Origin: Geopsychrobacteraceae bacterium
GTDB lineage: Bacteria; Desulfobacterota; Desulfuromonadia; Desulfuromonadales; Geopsychrobacteraceae
Length of the DNA: 64,000 nucleotides
Assembly: GCA_963662315.1 (NCBI GenBank)
Contig: OY759353.1
Coordinates: 1,344,001-1,408,000 of the forward strand
Reading direction: 5' to 3'
Under the pieces are notes generated by a model. It made no database searches. It saw only the letters and a list, made by a program, of their open reading frames with translations, and had not been told where the DNA came from. Below, one piece after another: positions 51,831-61,537 of the stretch (positions within the stretch are counted from its first letter, which is position 1; each line of letters begins with the position of its first letter). The translations under genes and the position numbers were made by a program.

Positions 51831-54188
51831 TCAACGGAAAAGACCGCTTTCCCAGCGTTCAGACCGCCAGTGTCCCTTCTCAAATCGAACCCGCACTGTT
51901 CCATGCAGATCCGTGCGCAACAGCTGAATTTCCTCCTTCTCAATATACTCTACTAAAGAACGTGCCGGAAGCCGGTACCTATTTTGATAACCGGCGGAAA
52001 CCAGACAGATTTCAGGCACAACGCTCTGAATCAGAGCCTCACTTCCGGAAAATTTACTGCCATGGTGTGGTAGTTTCAAAATTGCGGCATGTCTCTGGCT
52101 GGCAGCCAGTAAAGACTTCACGCCAAAGGCTTCCAGATCGCCCGTTAGCAATACTCCCTGATCATCGCCGACCGGCCAAAAAGCCACAAGAGAAGAATCA
52201 TTTTCAGATAATCCGGCTGAAATGGATGAAAACAACTGAACTGTAGAATCTCCAAAAACAATATGACTCCATCCCGGTGCCGGCATAACCAGAGGTATTT
52301 TCTTTGATAATAGCACTGAAGCCAAAGAAGGCGAAAGCTGTGCAGCAGAATCTGTCGCATAAAAAGCATGAGCAGAAAAATTATTCAGAATAAATGGAAG
52401 GCCCTTGCTGTGATCCGGATGATTATGAGTCAACACAACTGCGCTTAGAGAACGCACACCCAACATCCCCAGCGCAGGAGCGACCAACCGCTCCCCGACA
52501 TCAAAAGTATCACTATATAACCCTCCGCCATCAATCAGGACAGCTTTACCTGTGCCGTCCTGCAGCAATATGGCTTCCCCTTGGCCAACACTGAGCATAG
52601 TGACTGCAGGCCCTGCAGGCTTTAATTCATTCAGACTCCAGACGATACAAGCTATCCCCAGCCAGAGCAAACAACAGCAAACCTGTCTGCGAGTTCGGAC
52701 GTTGATAACATAAAACAGCACCAATACCACCATAACGCTGGCGAGAACCTGACTCCGCGAGGGAAAAACAGAAATCCCGGCCAACAGACTGACACGATCA
52801 ACCTGTTGACAAATCCGAACCAGAACCTCCATCACAATACCACTCATAGTAAAGCATAGGGAGGACAGCGAACCGCTGAGAGGAAAGCTGACCAAGCCGA
52901 GCAAACCAAGGGGCAGAGCGACCAGCGTCACCATAGGAACTGCAATTAAATTAACGAGTACTCCCACTGGTACAAACATATGAAAATCAGCCATCACCAG
53001 TGGTGCCGTTGCCAACGTCGCTGCCAAAGAAACAATAAATAACCGGGCCAGCCAACCAGCAACTCTGGAAGAAGGCAGCATCTTTAGCAGTGGCCCAATG
53101 TAGAGAATCGCCGCTGCACCTGTAAACGACAATTGCCACCCGGCATCCCACAATACCAGCGGATCAAACAACAGAAAGATAGTGGCTGTGCTGGCCAATA
53201 ATTGCAAGGCATTGACATGGTAACGCCTCAGCAATAGCAATGTTCCAACAATAGCCACAAAACAGGCGCGCTGTGTTGCCAGCGCCCCTCCAGTTAAAAC
53301 CAGGAACGCCAACATACCAGGAGCTATCAGGACAGGAATAATACGTTGAGGAGGTTGCCAATCAGCCAGAAGCGGAAATATTTTCCACGCAGCCAGCAAG
53401 CACCCATAAAGATACAGACTAAGTAAACCGACATGCAGACCGGAAATAGCAAACAGATGACTGACTCCTGAGCGCCCGAGGATCTTTCGAATATCAGCAG
53501 GGATAAGTTTTCCTTCACCAAGAACCAATGCACGTACCAATGGAGCCTGAATTCCGGTAAGATGCCGACCAACAAAAAACCCCACCTCTTGTCTGAAAGC
53601 CTCCAGAGCCCGTGCGACAACATGCCCCTCAGCCCCGACAATCTCTATATCATTGGTATTTTTGATCCAGGACGTTAACACTATCCCCTGACTCTGCAGA
53701 TAACGCGGCCAATGAAATTCCCCGGGAGTGCCAAACAGGCGCGGCTTACGCAAACGGTTGCAGACGTGAATAATATCGCCCGGAAGAATTCTCTTATCCT
53801 CTCCGCTCTCTGCGTAAAGACGAATCCCAATCTTATCCAACACCACATGGTTTTCAACATTAAGCAACTGAACATCAATTGAACGGCGTCCGTCCGGCAA
53901 AGAAGCAACGGAATAGACCTCGCTATTCCAGCAGATGTTTTTGGTCAGAGAGCCAAGTCGTTCAATGTCTTCACTATGCTTAAACGACGCAGGATAGCGC
54001 AGATTGGCTAACACGCAGAAAAAGCAAAACACCATAACAGGAAAAGCCGCTGCATAGGCTCTGAGTAGAAACCAGAGAAAAAAGGTGATTGCGATTAAGC
54101 ACCCCGCCGCAACATTTGAAACAACATAGAATGGCGCCACCAGAAGTCCGAGAATGGTTGCGCCAAGAATGAGATTAATTGGCTGCAC
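51831..54188 (-). CDS. comEC: DNA-uptake channel ComEC/Rec2
   Basis: HLFAISGLH, WQLSF, VGQGEA, LTHNHPDH, LTGD, PHHGS. Confidence 0.93.
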   Translation of the reverse strand: MQPINLILGATILGLLVAPFYVVSNVAAGCLIAITFFLWFLLRAYAAAFPVMVFCFFCVLANLRYPASFKHSEDIERLGSLTKNICWNSEVYSVASLPDGRRSIDVQLLNVENHVVLDKIGIRLYAESGEDKRILPGDIIHVCNRLRKPRLFGTPGEFHWPRYLQSQGIVLTSWIKNTNDIEIVGAEGHVVARALEAFRQEVGFFVGRHLTGIQAPLVRALVLGEGKLIPADIRKILGRSGVSHLFAISGLHVGLLSLYLYGCLLAAWKIFPLLADWQPPQRIIPVLIAPGMLAFLVLTGGALATQRACFVAIVGTLLLLRRYHVNALQLLASTATIFLLFDPLVLWDAGWQLSFTGAAAILYIGPLLKMLPSSRVAGWLARLFIVSLAATLATAPLVMADFHMFVPVGVLVNLIAVPMVTLVALPLGLLGLVSFPLSGSLSSLCFTMSGIVMEVLVRICQQVDRVSLLAGISVFPSRSQVLASVMVVLVLFYVINVRTRRQVCCCLLWLGIACIVWSLNELKPAGPAVTMLSVGQGEAILLQDGTGKAVLIDGGGLYSDTFDVGERLVAPALGMLGVRSLSAVVLTHNHPDHSKGLPFILNNFSAHAFYATDSAAQLSPSLASVLLSKKIPLVMPAPGWSHIVFGDSTVQLFSSISAGLSENDSSLVAFWPVGDDQGVLLTGDLEAFGVKSLLAASQRHAAILKLPHHGSKFSGSEALIQSVVPEICLVSAGYQNRYRLPARSLVEYIEKEEIQLLRTDLHGTVRVRFEKGHWRSERWESGLFR

Positions 54189-54217
54189 AGTCCCCCCCAG
54201 GCCACAAGCAGCAAGAG

Positions 54218-54249
54218 CAAAGGGCCGATCAAACAGAATCGGCCCTTTG
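54218..54249 (-). terminator. Hairpin / terminator after fbp
   Basis: 12-bp stem CAAAGGGCCGAT/ATCGGCCCTTTG. Confidence 0.65.
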
Positions 54250-54261
54250 GGATATGAAATT

Positions 54262-55260
54262 TTAGGCAGTTACAGGCTCGCTTAACGCGGCTTTGTCTGG
54301 CTCGGGAGTTTGGTTTTCATGCTCATACTTGCGAATGAATTCCTCAGCCATCTCAACGTCCTTTTTACAGCCGATAAAGACAGGAGACCGTTCATGAATT
54401 TCCTGCGGCTCAAGATCAAGGATCCGCTGCACCCCGTTTGACGCAGCTCCTCCAGCCTGTTCGATCAGAAAAGCCATGGGGTTCAACTCAAACAGCAGGC
54501 GTAATTTTCCATTGGGTTTATTTTTCAGGTGCGGATAAAAGAAGATCCCCTTCCCCTTCAGCAATACCTGGTTAATATCAGGCACAAAACCACCACTGTA
54601 GCGCAACTTGACGCCTCGCGCCTCAAGGGTAGAAACAAACGATTCAACCCCAGGGGTATAGAGGTTACGCATGCCTCCAGGTGAATAAAGATTGCCTTCG
54701 GGTTCAAGACGAATATTTTCCCGCAGCAGAGTATATTCCATCAGGTTGTTCATCCCGAATTCATGAACTCCCTTGCCAACGCTGTAAACCAGAGTGGTCC
54801 GAGGGCCGTACAAAATATAAACAGCTGCAGCCTGATTACGTCCTGCCTGCAGCAGATCGCACCCCTCATAAATTGAGACGATCGTTCCAACAGCAAGGTT
54901 CACATCAACCAGAGACGAGCCATCCAAAGGATCAAAAGCAACTGAATATTTGCCGTCACAATCGGGAGAAATGGGAATGATCTCATCCATTTCTTCAGAC
55001 ATCATGTTTGCAACAACCCGGGAATGGTCAAGGCGCTTACGCATAATCCGATCAGCCAGGACATCTAGCGCAAGTTGCTCTTCGCCATAAAGATTTGACG
55101 TACCTGCCACACCAAGATCACCCGTCCGGATGGAGTTAATGATATACTTGGAAGCCTCCGCAATTTCACATATCAGATGAATCAGATTTTCATGAACATA
55201 ATTTTCCCGCAGATGTCGACGTAGATCGATCTGGAATTTGGTTTTCCCCGGTTCGCTCAT
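54262..55260 (-). CDS. fbp: Fructose-1,6-bisphosphatase class I
   Basis: SEE, FDPLDGSS, RYSG, GKLRLLFELNP. Confidence 0.96.
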   Translation of the reverse strand: MSEPGKTKFQIDLRRHLRENYVHENLIHLICEIAEASKYIINSIRTGDLGVAGTSNLYGEEQLALDVLADRIMRKRLDHSRVVANMMSEEMDEIIPISPDCDGKYSVAFDPLDGSSLVDVNLAVGTIVSIYEGCDLLQAGRNQAAAVYILYGPRTTLVYSVGKGVHEFGMNNLMEYTLLRENIRLEPEGNLYSPGGMRNLYTPGVESFVSTLEARGVKLRYSGGFVPDINQVLLKGKGIFFYPHLKNKPNGKLRLLFELNPMAFLIEQAGGAASNGVQRILDLEPQEIHERSPVFIGCKKDVEMAEEFIRKYEHENQTPEPDKAALSEPVTA

Positions 55261-55402
55261 TGGATAACAATCTCCCTAATTTTCTGAACAATAAAAAATA
55301 AACAAGGCGGTAAAAAACAGTCTAGCGTAGATTATAATGAACGGCAACCGTGGAGTAGTTTCCAACACTCCCCTCCACACCGCCCCCTCCAAGCAGTGAC
55401 CA

Positions 55403-56179
55403 TTATCCTTTGGGTGGAAAATCGCACCACACCAAAGTCGCTCCGACAACAGCCAGAGGAATACAAAAGAACTGCACGAATGGAATTGCCAATAGACAAA
55501 ACAGGCTACAGGCAAAACCCAGCATCATGACTGGATGCTGAAAAATATATTGTCTCTGTTCTCGAAAACTCATCTGCTTGCGCATAAGAACAAAGGCCAT
55601 ATATTCAACAACCAAAAAAAACAGGGTCAGCAGCGGCGCGAGAACAGCATAAAGCATCGTTCCTACGCCGGGCAGAAAATTTATCAGTAGTAGAGCCAGC
55701 ATGCAACCAATAAAGACTGCCATTTTTTTCAACTCAACGGCGATGGCAGACCAGGATTCGGCCAGGAACTTTCGCCAGCGAAAAGGCTCAGTTCCACCCT
55801 CTCCAAGGCATATGGTTTCAGCTTTTTCAGATAATAGCTCGTTAAAAGGAGATGCGATCAGATTACCAACAACAGTAAATGAGAAAAAAACCGCTACCGC
55901 AGAAATGAGCATTGCCACTATCCAGGCCAGATAATAAAGGGCAGCTCCATACCAGACGTCGTTGCTGGGAGCATAGATGTGAAGCAAATGGTCAAACAAA
56001 TCAAAACCGAAATAAACTGTCAGAGAAAAAATAATCAGGTTAATCAAAAAGGGAATCAGGACATATTTAAGCAGACCCGGCTTTTTCCGAATAAAATTCA
56101 GGGCCCGGACAGGATAACTGAAGCCCCTGGCAAAGCCGGCAACCGGCCGGACTATCTGACGACCAATCTGCTGAATCAT
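55403..56179 (-). CDS. EI24/CysZ-like membrane protein
   Basis: LIPFLIN, GNLIASPFNELLSEK, multi-TM. Confidence 0.8.
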   Translation of the reverse strand: MIQQIGRQIVRPVAGFARGFSYPVRALNFIRKKPGLLKYVLIPFLINLIIFSLTVYFGFDLFDHLLHIYAPSNDVWYGAALYYLAWIVAMLISAVAVFFSFTVVGNLIASPFNELLSEKAETICLGEGGTEPFRWRKFLAESWSAIAVELKKMAVFIGCMLALLLINFLPGVGTMLYAVLAPLLTLFFLVVEYMAFVLMRKQMSFREQRQYIFQHPVMMLGFACSLFCLLAIPFVQFFCIPLAVVGATLVWCDFPPKG

Positions 56180-57069
56180 ACGTTGACCTCACAAGCTTCG
56201 AGTCCCGAGGCAAGGGTCGGATAAAGCAACTCAATCTGCAGCATATCCAGCATTTTCTGATTGGTCATTTTTCTTGATTCTTTTAAGAATGATAAAGTCA
56301 AAGGATTCATGATTTTTTCTGCTTCCTCACGGGTCAGTTCCTGAGGCAGAGGCAGATCATATTTTCGCGCTACACTGCGGAAATAGTGACTCATACTGCT
56401 TTCTTCTCCATCACACACATTGAAAATATCCCCGTGCTGCCCCCTGTCCATAGCTGCCGCGCAAATGCGGACCAGATCGAGACTGTGAATACGGTTGGTT
56501 CGCGGCGAATCTTCCGCCCGCAGCACCTGGTGCCCCCTGGTCAGCTGAGCCAAGGGTAACCGACCAGGTCCATATATACCGGTAACACGCAGGATAACGA
56601 GGTCAAACCCCAAGCGGGCCGCACAGGCCTGCAGCTGCGATTCAGCACTGACCCTGCGTTTAGCGCGACTGGTCTGGGGATTTAGCGGTGTTTCTTCAGT
56701 CACCAGCCGATCACCACAATCGCCATAAACACCGCTGGTACTTAAATAAACTATTTTTTTCGGACAATTATCAACCGTCAGGCGCCGGCAGAAATTGAGC
56801 ATGCGGTAATCGCTGGTTCCTCCCCCTTGCGGAGGAAGGAAATAAAACAGCTCATGCCCTTGGACAGAGAATTCAGGAATATCGTCCTGATAATCAAAAT
56901 TGGCCACAACAACATCAAATCCGAGCTTGGCAAGAGCATCTCTCCCCTCTTCAAAGTGACTGGTCACCTGAACATGATGATGCTCGGATAACAGTACCTT
57001 TCCCAAACGCTGACCGATATCACCACAACCAATAATCGTGTACATGTGCCCCTTGTTATTGATCATCAT
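56176..57069 (-). CDS. NAD-dependent epimerase/dehydratase (SDR, YeeZ-like)
   Basis: IIGCGDIG, YLSTSGVYGD, GIYGPGR, NRIH; start may be 57045. Confidence 0.88.
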   Translation of the reverse strand: MMINNKGHMYTIIGCGDIGQRLGKVLLSEHHHVQVTSHFEEGRDALAKLGFDVVVANFDYQDDIPEFSVQGHELFYFLPPQGGGTSDYRMLNFCRRLTVDNCPKKIVYLSTSGVYGDCGDRLVTEETPLNPQTSRAKRRVSAESQLQACAARLGFDLVILRVTGIYGPGRLPLAQLTRGHQVLRAEDSPRTNRIHSLDLVRICAAAMDRGQHGDIFNVCDGEESSMSHYFRSVARKYDLPLPQELTREEAEKIMNPLTLSFLKESRKMTNQKMLDMLQIELLYPTLASGLEACEVNV

Positions 57070-59711
57070 GACAAACTCTTGGTAACGATTTCATAGAGAT
57101 CTTTTGAAAGAGCGGCAGCAGCCAAACGTTCCAACTCCCCCTTCATCAATATTTGCCGGCCAGGCTCAAGACGCTTCCAACGGGTAAACGGACCCGCAAG
57201 GCGAGCAGCCAATTGAGGATTGCGCGCATCTATCAACAATATCTGGTCAGCCAGCCATTTATACCCCAAACCATCGGCACAATGAAATGCATTCAGATTC
57301 TGGCTGAAGGCCCCAATCAACGAGCGAACCCGGTTCGGATTGGAATAAGAGAATTTCGGATGCGCCAGCAGCCGCTGAACATCAGCGAACACGTTGTCCG
57401 TTTGAGCCAAAGCCTGCAAAGAGAACCACTTATCAAGCAAAAGCGGATGGGACTGCCAACGTTGATAAAAATCTTCGATGACAGAATTCCTAGAAAAGGC
57501 ATCACTATTCGCCAGGGCTGAAAAAGCAGCCAGACGATCAGTCATATTGCTCGCCTGTTCATACTGTTTCAGACACAGGGATTCACTTTCTGTACCACCA
57601 GACAGCAGCAACTGCGCCAGGCAGAAGTTAGCCAGACTACGCTTGCCAATCGCTGAAGGATCAAGGGAATAACGTCCGTCTCCCTGGGCCCTTCGGTAAC
57701 GTTGCTCCAATAAGGCTTTATTTGCACACGCCAGTGATTTACGGGCCAACTGACGGACCTGATAAATTCGCGCCGGATCGACACTGGAGAGTTGATCAGC
57801 CAGGAACTGCTCATTGGGTAAACTCAACAACTGAGTCAAAAGACTGCTATCCGCCGAATAATCTGCCAAAGCTGCTGCCCAGGCATTAACAAACACAGGA
57901 CTTAAAGAGAACTGATCGGGTGACACAACAACGGATTCGTAATTGGCCAGCAACTCACGTGTGGCCAGCTGCTGCCCAGCTTCCCAGCGATTGAATTCAT
58001 CGGCATCGTGGGCTAAGCGGAAAGCCAGATCAGCACTGCTGATATCTGCCCGCAGAACCACTGGAGCGGAAAACTGGCGCAACAGAGACACAACCGGCCT
58101 ATTGGGAACATGCTCAAAAACAAATTTCTGGCTGGCTTGCGTTAGTTCCAGGGTCCGTGTGGTACCCACCGGAGCATTTTCACCGGTTAACTGTAAAGGG
58201 ATATCATGACCATCACTGTCGAGCAGTCCAACAACCAGTGGCAAATGAAACGGCTCTTTGGTGTCCTGCCCCGGTGTCGGGGCACACGACTGAGACAAGG
58301 TCAAGGTCAAGGTTTTATCCTCCGCATCGTATACTTCAGAGTATTCGATCTGTGGAGTTCCCGCCTGACGATACCAGTTTTTAAATTGCCTCAGGTCGAT
58401 ACTGCCTGCCTCTTCCATGGCGGCGACAAAATCATCACAGGTGGCTGCTTGTCCATCGTGTTTCTGCAGATAGTTGCGGACCCCAGCAATGAATTTTTCT
58501 TTTCCGAGCAGAGTCCGCATCATGCGGATAACTTCCGCCCCTTTGTTGTAGATAGTGGTCGTATAAAAGTTGTTAATCTCAACATAGGACGAAGGTCTGA
58601 TCGGATGGGCCATGGGACCAGCATCTTCCGGGAACTGAAACTGTCGGAGGACTCTGACATCGTCAATCCGCTTTACCGCAGGCGAATTCAGATCCGCAGA
58701 AAATTCCTGATCACGGAAGACGGTGAGCCCCTCCTTAAGACTCAACTGGAACCAATCCCTACAGGTTACCCGGTTACCGGTCCAGTTATGAAAATATTCG
58801 TGGCCGATAACAGATTCCACCCCAAGGAAATCACTATCCGTCGCTGTTTCCGGGTGGGCGAGCACATACTTGGAGTTGAAAACATTCAACCCCTTATTTT
58901 CCATCGCTCCCATATTGAAGTCATCAACGGCCACAATCATATAGCGATCCAGGTCATACTCAAGACCAAAAAACTCTTCGTCCCACTGCATAGCTTTCTT
59001 CAGAGAACGCATTGCATGGTCGCAATAATCGCGATTGCGCGCCTCAACAAAAATCTGTAGCAGCACCTCACGTCCGGAGGTCGTTTTATACTGATCTTCA
59101 ATACACACCAGATCGCCAGCAACCAAGGCAAACAGATAGCTTGGTTTGCGGAACGGATCTTCCCACACAGCATAATGGCGACCATTATCAGTTGAGCCAG
59201 ACTCAATCAGGTTACCGTTACTAAGCAGTACCGGATACGTTTCCCCAGCTTCAATCCGCACACGGAATTTAGTCAAAACATCAGGCCGATCAGGATAATA
59301 AGTAATTTTCCGGAATCCTTCAGCCTCACATTGAGTACAGAAGTTTCCGTTTGAGAGGTACAGCCCCTCAAGAGAACTGTTATTTTTCGGATCAATTATC
59401 GTTATCAGGGTTAGTTCAAACGACTTCGGAACAACGGGAATTTCCAATACACCATTGGATACAATATATCGATCAGCAGACAGAGGCTCCCCGTCCAGGG
59501 CAATCATATCGAGGCGTAATTCTTCGCCATGAAGAAATAGGGCTTCAGAATGCCCTTCCCGGTCCGGGTTCAAGGTATAACGAGCGACACAGGTAACCTG
59601 CGTCGCGGTTTCATGTAATTGAAAATCAAGAAAAAGATGCTCAACCAGATAAGCAGGTGTCTTATAATCAGCAAGAAAAACTGTCTGTGGTGCAGTCGTA
59701 GCTTCCGTCAT
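57066..59711 (-). CDS. pepN: Aminopeptidase N (M1)
   Basis: TQCEAEGFR, GAMENKGLN, HEYFH...KE. Confidence 0.97.
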   Translation of the reverse strand: MTEATTAPQTVFLADYKTPAYLVEHLFLDFQLHETATQVTCVARYTLNPDREGHSEALFLHGEELRLDMIALDGEPLSADRYIVSNGVLEIPVVPKSFELTLITIIDPKNNSSLEGLYLSNGNFCTQCEAEGFRKITYYPDRPDVLTKFRVRIEAGETYPVLLSNGNLIESGSTDNGRHYAVWEDPFRKPSYLFALVAGDLVCIEDQYKTTSGREVLLQIFVEARNRDYCDHAMRSLKKAMQWDEEFFGLEYDLDRYMIVAVDDFNMGAMENKGLNVFNSKYVLAHPETATDSDFLGVESVIGHEYFHNWTGNRVTCRDWFQLSLKEGLTVFRDQEFSADLNSPAVKRIDDVRVLRQFQFPEDAGPMAHPIRPSSYVEINNFYTTTIYNKGAEVIRMMRTLLGKEKFIAGVRNYLQKHDGQAATCDDFVAAMEEAGSIDLRQFKNWYRQAGTPQIEYSEVYDAEDKTLTLTLSQSCAPTPGQDTKEPFHLPLVVGLLDSDGHDIPLQLTGENAPVGTTRTLELTQASQKFVFEHVPNRPVVSLLRQFSAPVVLRADISSADLAFRLAHDADEFNRWEAGQQLATRELLANYESVVVSPDQFSLSPVFVNAWAAALADYSADSSLLTQLLSLPNEQFLADQLSSVDPARIYQVRQLARKSLACANKALLEQRYRRAQGDGRYSLDPSAIGKRSLANFCLAQLLLSGGTESESLCLKQYEQASNMTDRLAAFSALANSDAFSRNSVIEDFYQRWQSHPLLLDKWFSLQALAQTDNVFADVQRLLAHPKFSYSNPNRVRSLIGAFSQNLNAFHCADGLGYKWLADQILLIDARNPQLAARLAGPFTRWKRLEPGRQILMKGELERLAAAALSKDLYEIVTKSLS

Positions 59712-59793
59712 TTTTCACATTCCAATCTTAAAAAAGTAACAACGATATCAGGAGCATAACATGTTCATTGGAGCAGCAAAAGAGAGGTAACGC

Positions 59794-59828
59794 AAAAAAA
59801 AGAAGGACAGCCAAAGACCGTCCTTCTT
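59794..59828 (-). terminator. Terminator after the small protein gene
   Basis: AAGAAGGAC...GTCCTTCTT stem with A-run on + strand. Confidence 0.7.
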
Positions 59829-59862
59829 AGAAAGCGAACTATTTTTTTATGGCAGAGCATTA

Positions 59863-60069
59863 TTACAAGGCGTAAGCTTCAAGGGCCTGTTCTTCGTTCC
59901 ACAGCTCAATGGCTTCATCCAGAGAATCCGCTACAGCCATTTTCTCACAATTGTCCTTAGAGCAATAAATTCCCCAATGACTTGAGGGTGCAAAGCTGCT
60001 GGGACCAAAAATCTTTGCCTGCCCACCACACCGACACGGAACCGCAACATAGTGCTGAAAACCACCCAT
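59863..60069 (-). CDS. Small four-Cys protein resembling the Lar restriction-alleviation family
   Basis: PCRCGGQA...IYCSKDNC...DEAIELWN; AAGGAG upstream and its own terminator. Confidence 0.6.
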   Translation of the reverse strand: MGGFQHYVAVPCRCGGQAKIFGPSSFAPSSHWGIYCSKDNCEKMAVADSLDEAIELWNEEQALEAYAL

Positions 60070-60410
60070 AACCTTCTCTCCTTTCAGAAAAACGAATAAT
60101 CAAATCACGTAAAAAGCAGTTACTTAACGTGTAATATTATTCGTTATCTTACATCTGAAACCGTCCAGTCAATCAGTTTTTCAGCCAAAAAAATTAATAA
60201 AACATCGATCTACAGAACCCAATGGAGACCCCCAAAAAGACCCTGAAAATCGAAAAAAAAACCTAAAGAATTCCTTAGGGATAGCCGACAAAAAAAAATA
60301 CAGCATTTTCAACCGAGCCAATTTAGCAACGATTATATTAAGGAAGAATATTATAAAACATCTTTCTATCACTACTCTTCACTATTAAGCCAAACAATGA
60401 ACCTCCCCAG

Positions 60411-60929
60411 CTACAGATAATCCCGATACAGCAGACTCGTCTGAATTCCATCATTGCCCTGATATTTACCACTGGTGTAATTATCATAGTCACCGTCAAT
60501 GGAATGATAATAAATCTGGCATATTTCCACTCCGGCATAAATGCGGATCGGCTGCACACAAAAAATCTCCAGGGTCCAGTATCCCTTAAAACCGACATCG
60601 CCAAAACCGGCAGTAACATGGACAAACAATCCCAACCGTCCAATCGAAGACCGCCCTTCGAGCATCGGCACCAAACCTTTCGTCTCCGTATATTCAATCG
60701 TACGCCCCAGGTAAAGACGCTGCGGCTCAAGCACCAAACCCTCAGGCGGAATAGCCAGTGTCTTATGGGCATTATCTTTTTTCATATCAAGAACCGGCTC
60801 TTCGTAAACAACCAGTTCATTAAACAGCGACAGATTATAACTATTGGGATTTAGACGCTTCGGATTGTAAGGGCTGATAACAATGTCACGATCTATTCTG
60901 TTTGCTATTTCTTTTCCGGATAAAATCAT
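60411..60929 (-). CDS. dcd: dCTP deaminase
   Basis: LNPNSYNL, EGRSSIGRLGL, GFGDVGF, ICQIYY, KYQ. Confidence 0.93.
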   Translation of the reverse strand: MILSGKEIANRIDRDIVISPYNPKRLNPNSYNLSLFNELVVYEEPVLDMKKDNAHKTLAIPPEGLVLEPQRLYLGRTIEYTETKGLVPMLEGRSSIGRLGLFVHVTAGFGDVGFKGYWTLEIFCVQPIRIYAGVEICQIYYHSIDGDYDNYTSGKYQGNDGIQTSLLYRDYL

Positions 60930-61109
60930 ACACACGTCCTTATCAGGCATGTCACTTAGAAGTCATACACTCAACCCGTTCAGAGTTGCATATTCGCTAC
61001 GCGCTTTAATCTTAAGAAGAAAGATAAAGAAAGGTCAATACAGCACACATCAAAGGGGGAAAAAATACTCTTTCGTGTCGCAAATCCTAGCCAACGCAAC
61101 AATGATATG

Positions 61110-61436
61110 TTATGTATTTATCTCGTTTACGGTCCCGCAGGACCAGCAGGCTCCGAAATGAGCCTGGACCTGCTCACCACACCGGGGGCAAGTCCAGTAA
61201 CCATCTTCAGGGGTGCTTTTCTTTAACCAGGCATTAAGCAACAGCTTTGCTCGTGGATAGGTATCACTATCGATAACCCAAAGTTCAGGACAACATTCGA
61301 CAAAAGGGATTTCACCAACAGCCGAAGAAAGTTGATCGTTCCGCACGATGCAGTCAATGCCTTCTGCAGCAAGTATTTCTTTCAGCAGTGCCGCCTGCAG
61401 TCGATCCCAATAACTAAATACATGTAGTTTTTGCAT
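61110..61436 (-). CDS. DUF2007-like protein with C-terminal zinc ribbon
   Basis: LAAEGIDC.VRN, GEIPF, WTCPRCGE...CWSCG. Confidence 0.75.
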   Translation of the reverse strand: MQKLHVFSYWDRLQAALLKEILAAEGIDCIVRNDQLSSAVGEIPFVECCPELWVIDSDTYPRAKLLLNAWLKKSTPEDGYWTCPRCGEQVQAHFGACWSCGTVNEINT

Positions 61437-61537
61437 AATACTCCAGAGTATAGCAACTTTTGTGCGTCACAGCAGATTACGGTTTTTGTTTTCGATATAA
61501 TGAGTCATCAAGGAATCAGATCAAAAGGAGACACAAA

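Noticed and set aside
54192..54198. G7 tract at the comEC RBS as a phase-variation switch
   Set aside because: Short, outside the reading frame, and explained as a purine-rich RBS
58206..59060. 284-aa plus-strand ORF
   Set aside because: Antisense shadow of pepN with no recognisable motifs
60181..60372. 63-aa Phe-rich ORF
   Set aside because: Low-complexity product of an A-rich intergenic region; no supporting RBS or motif
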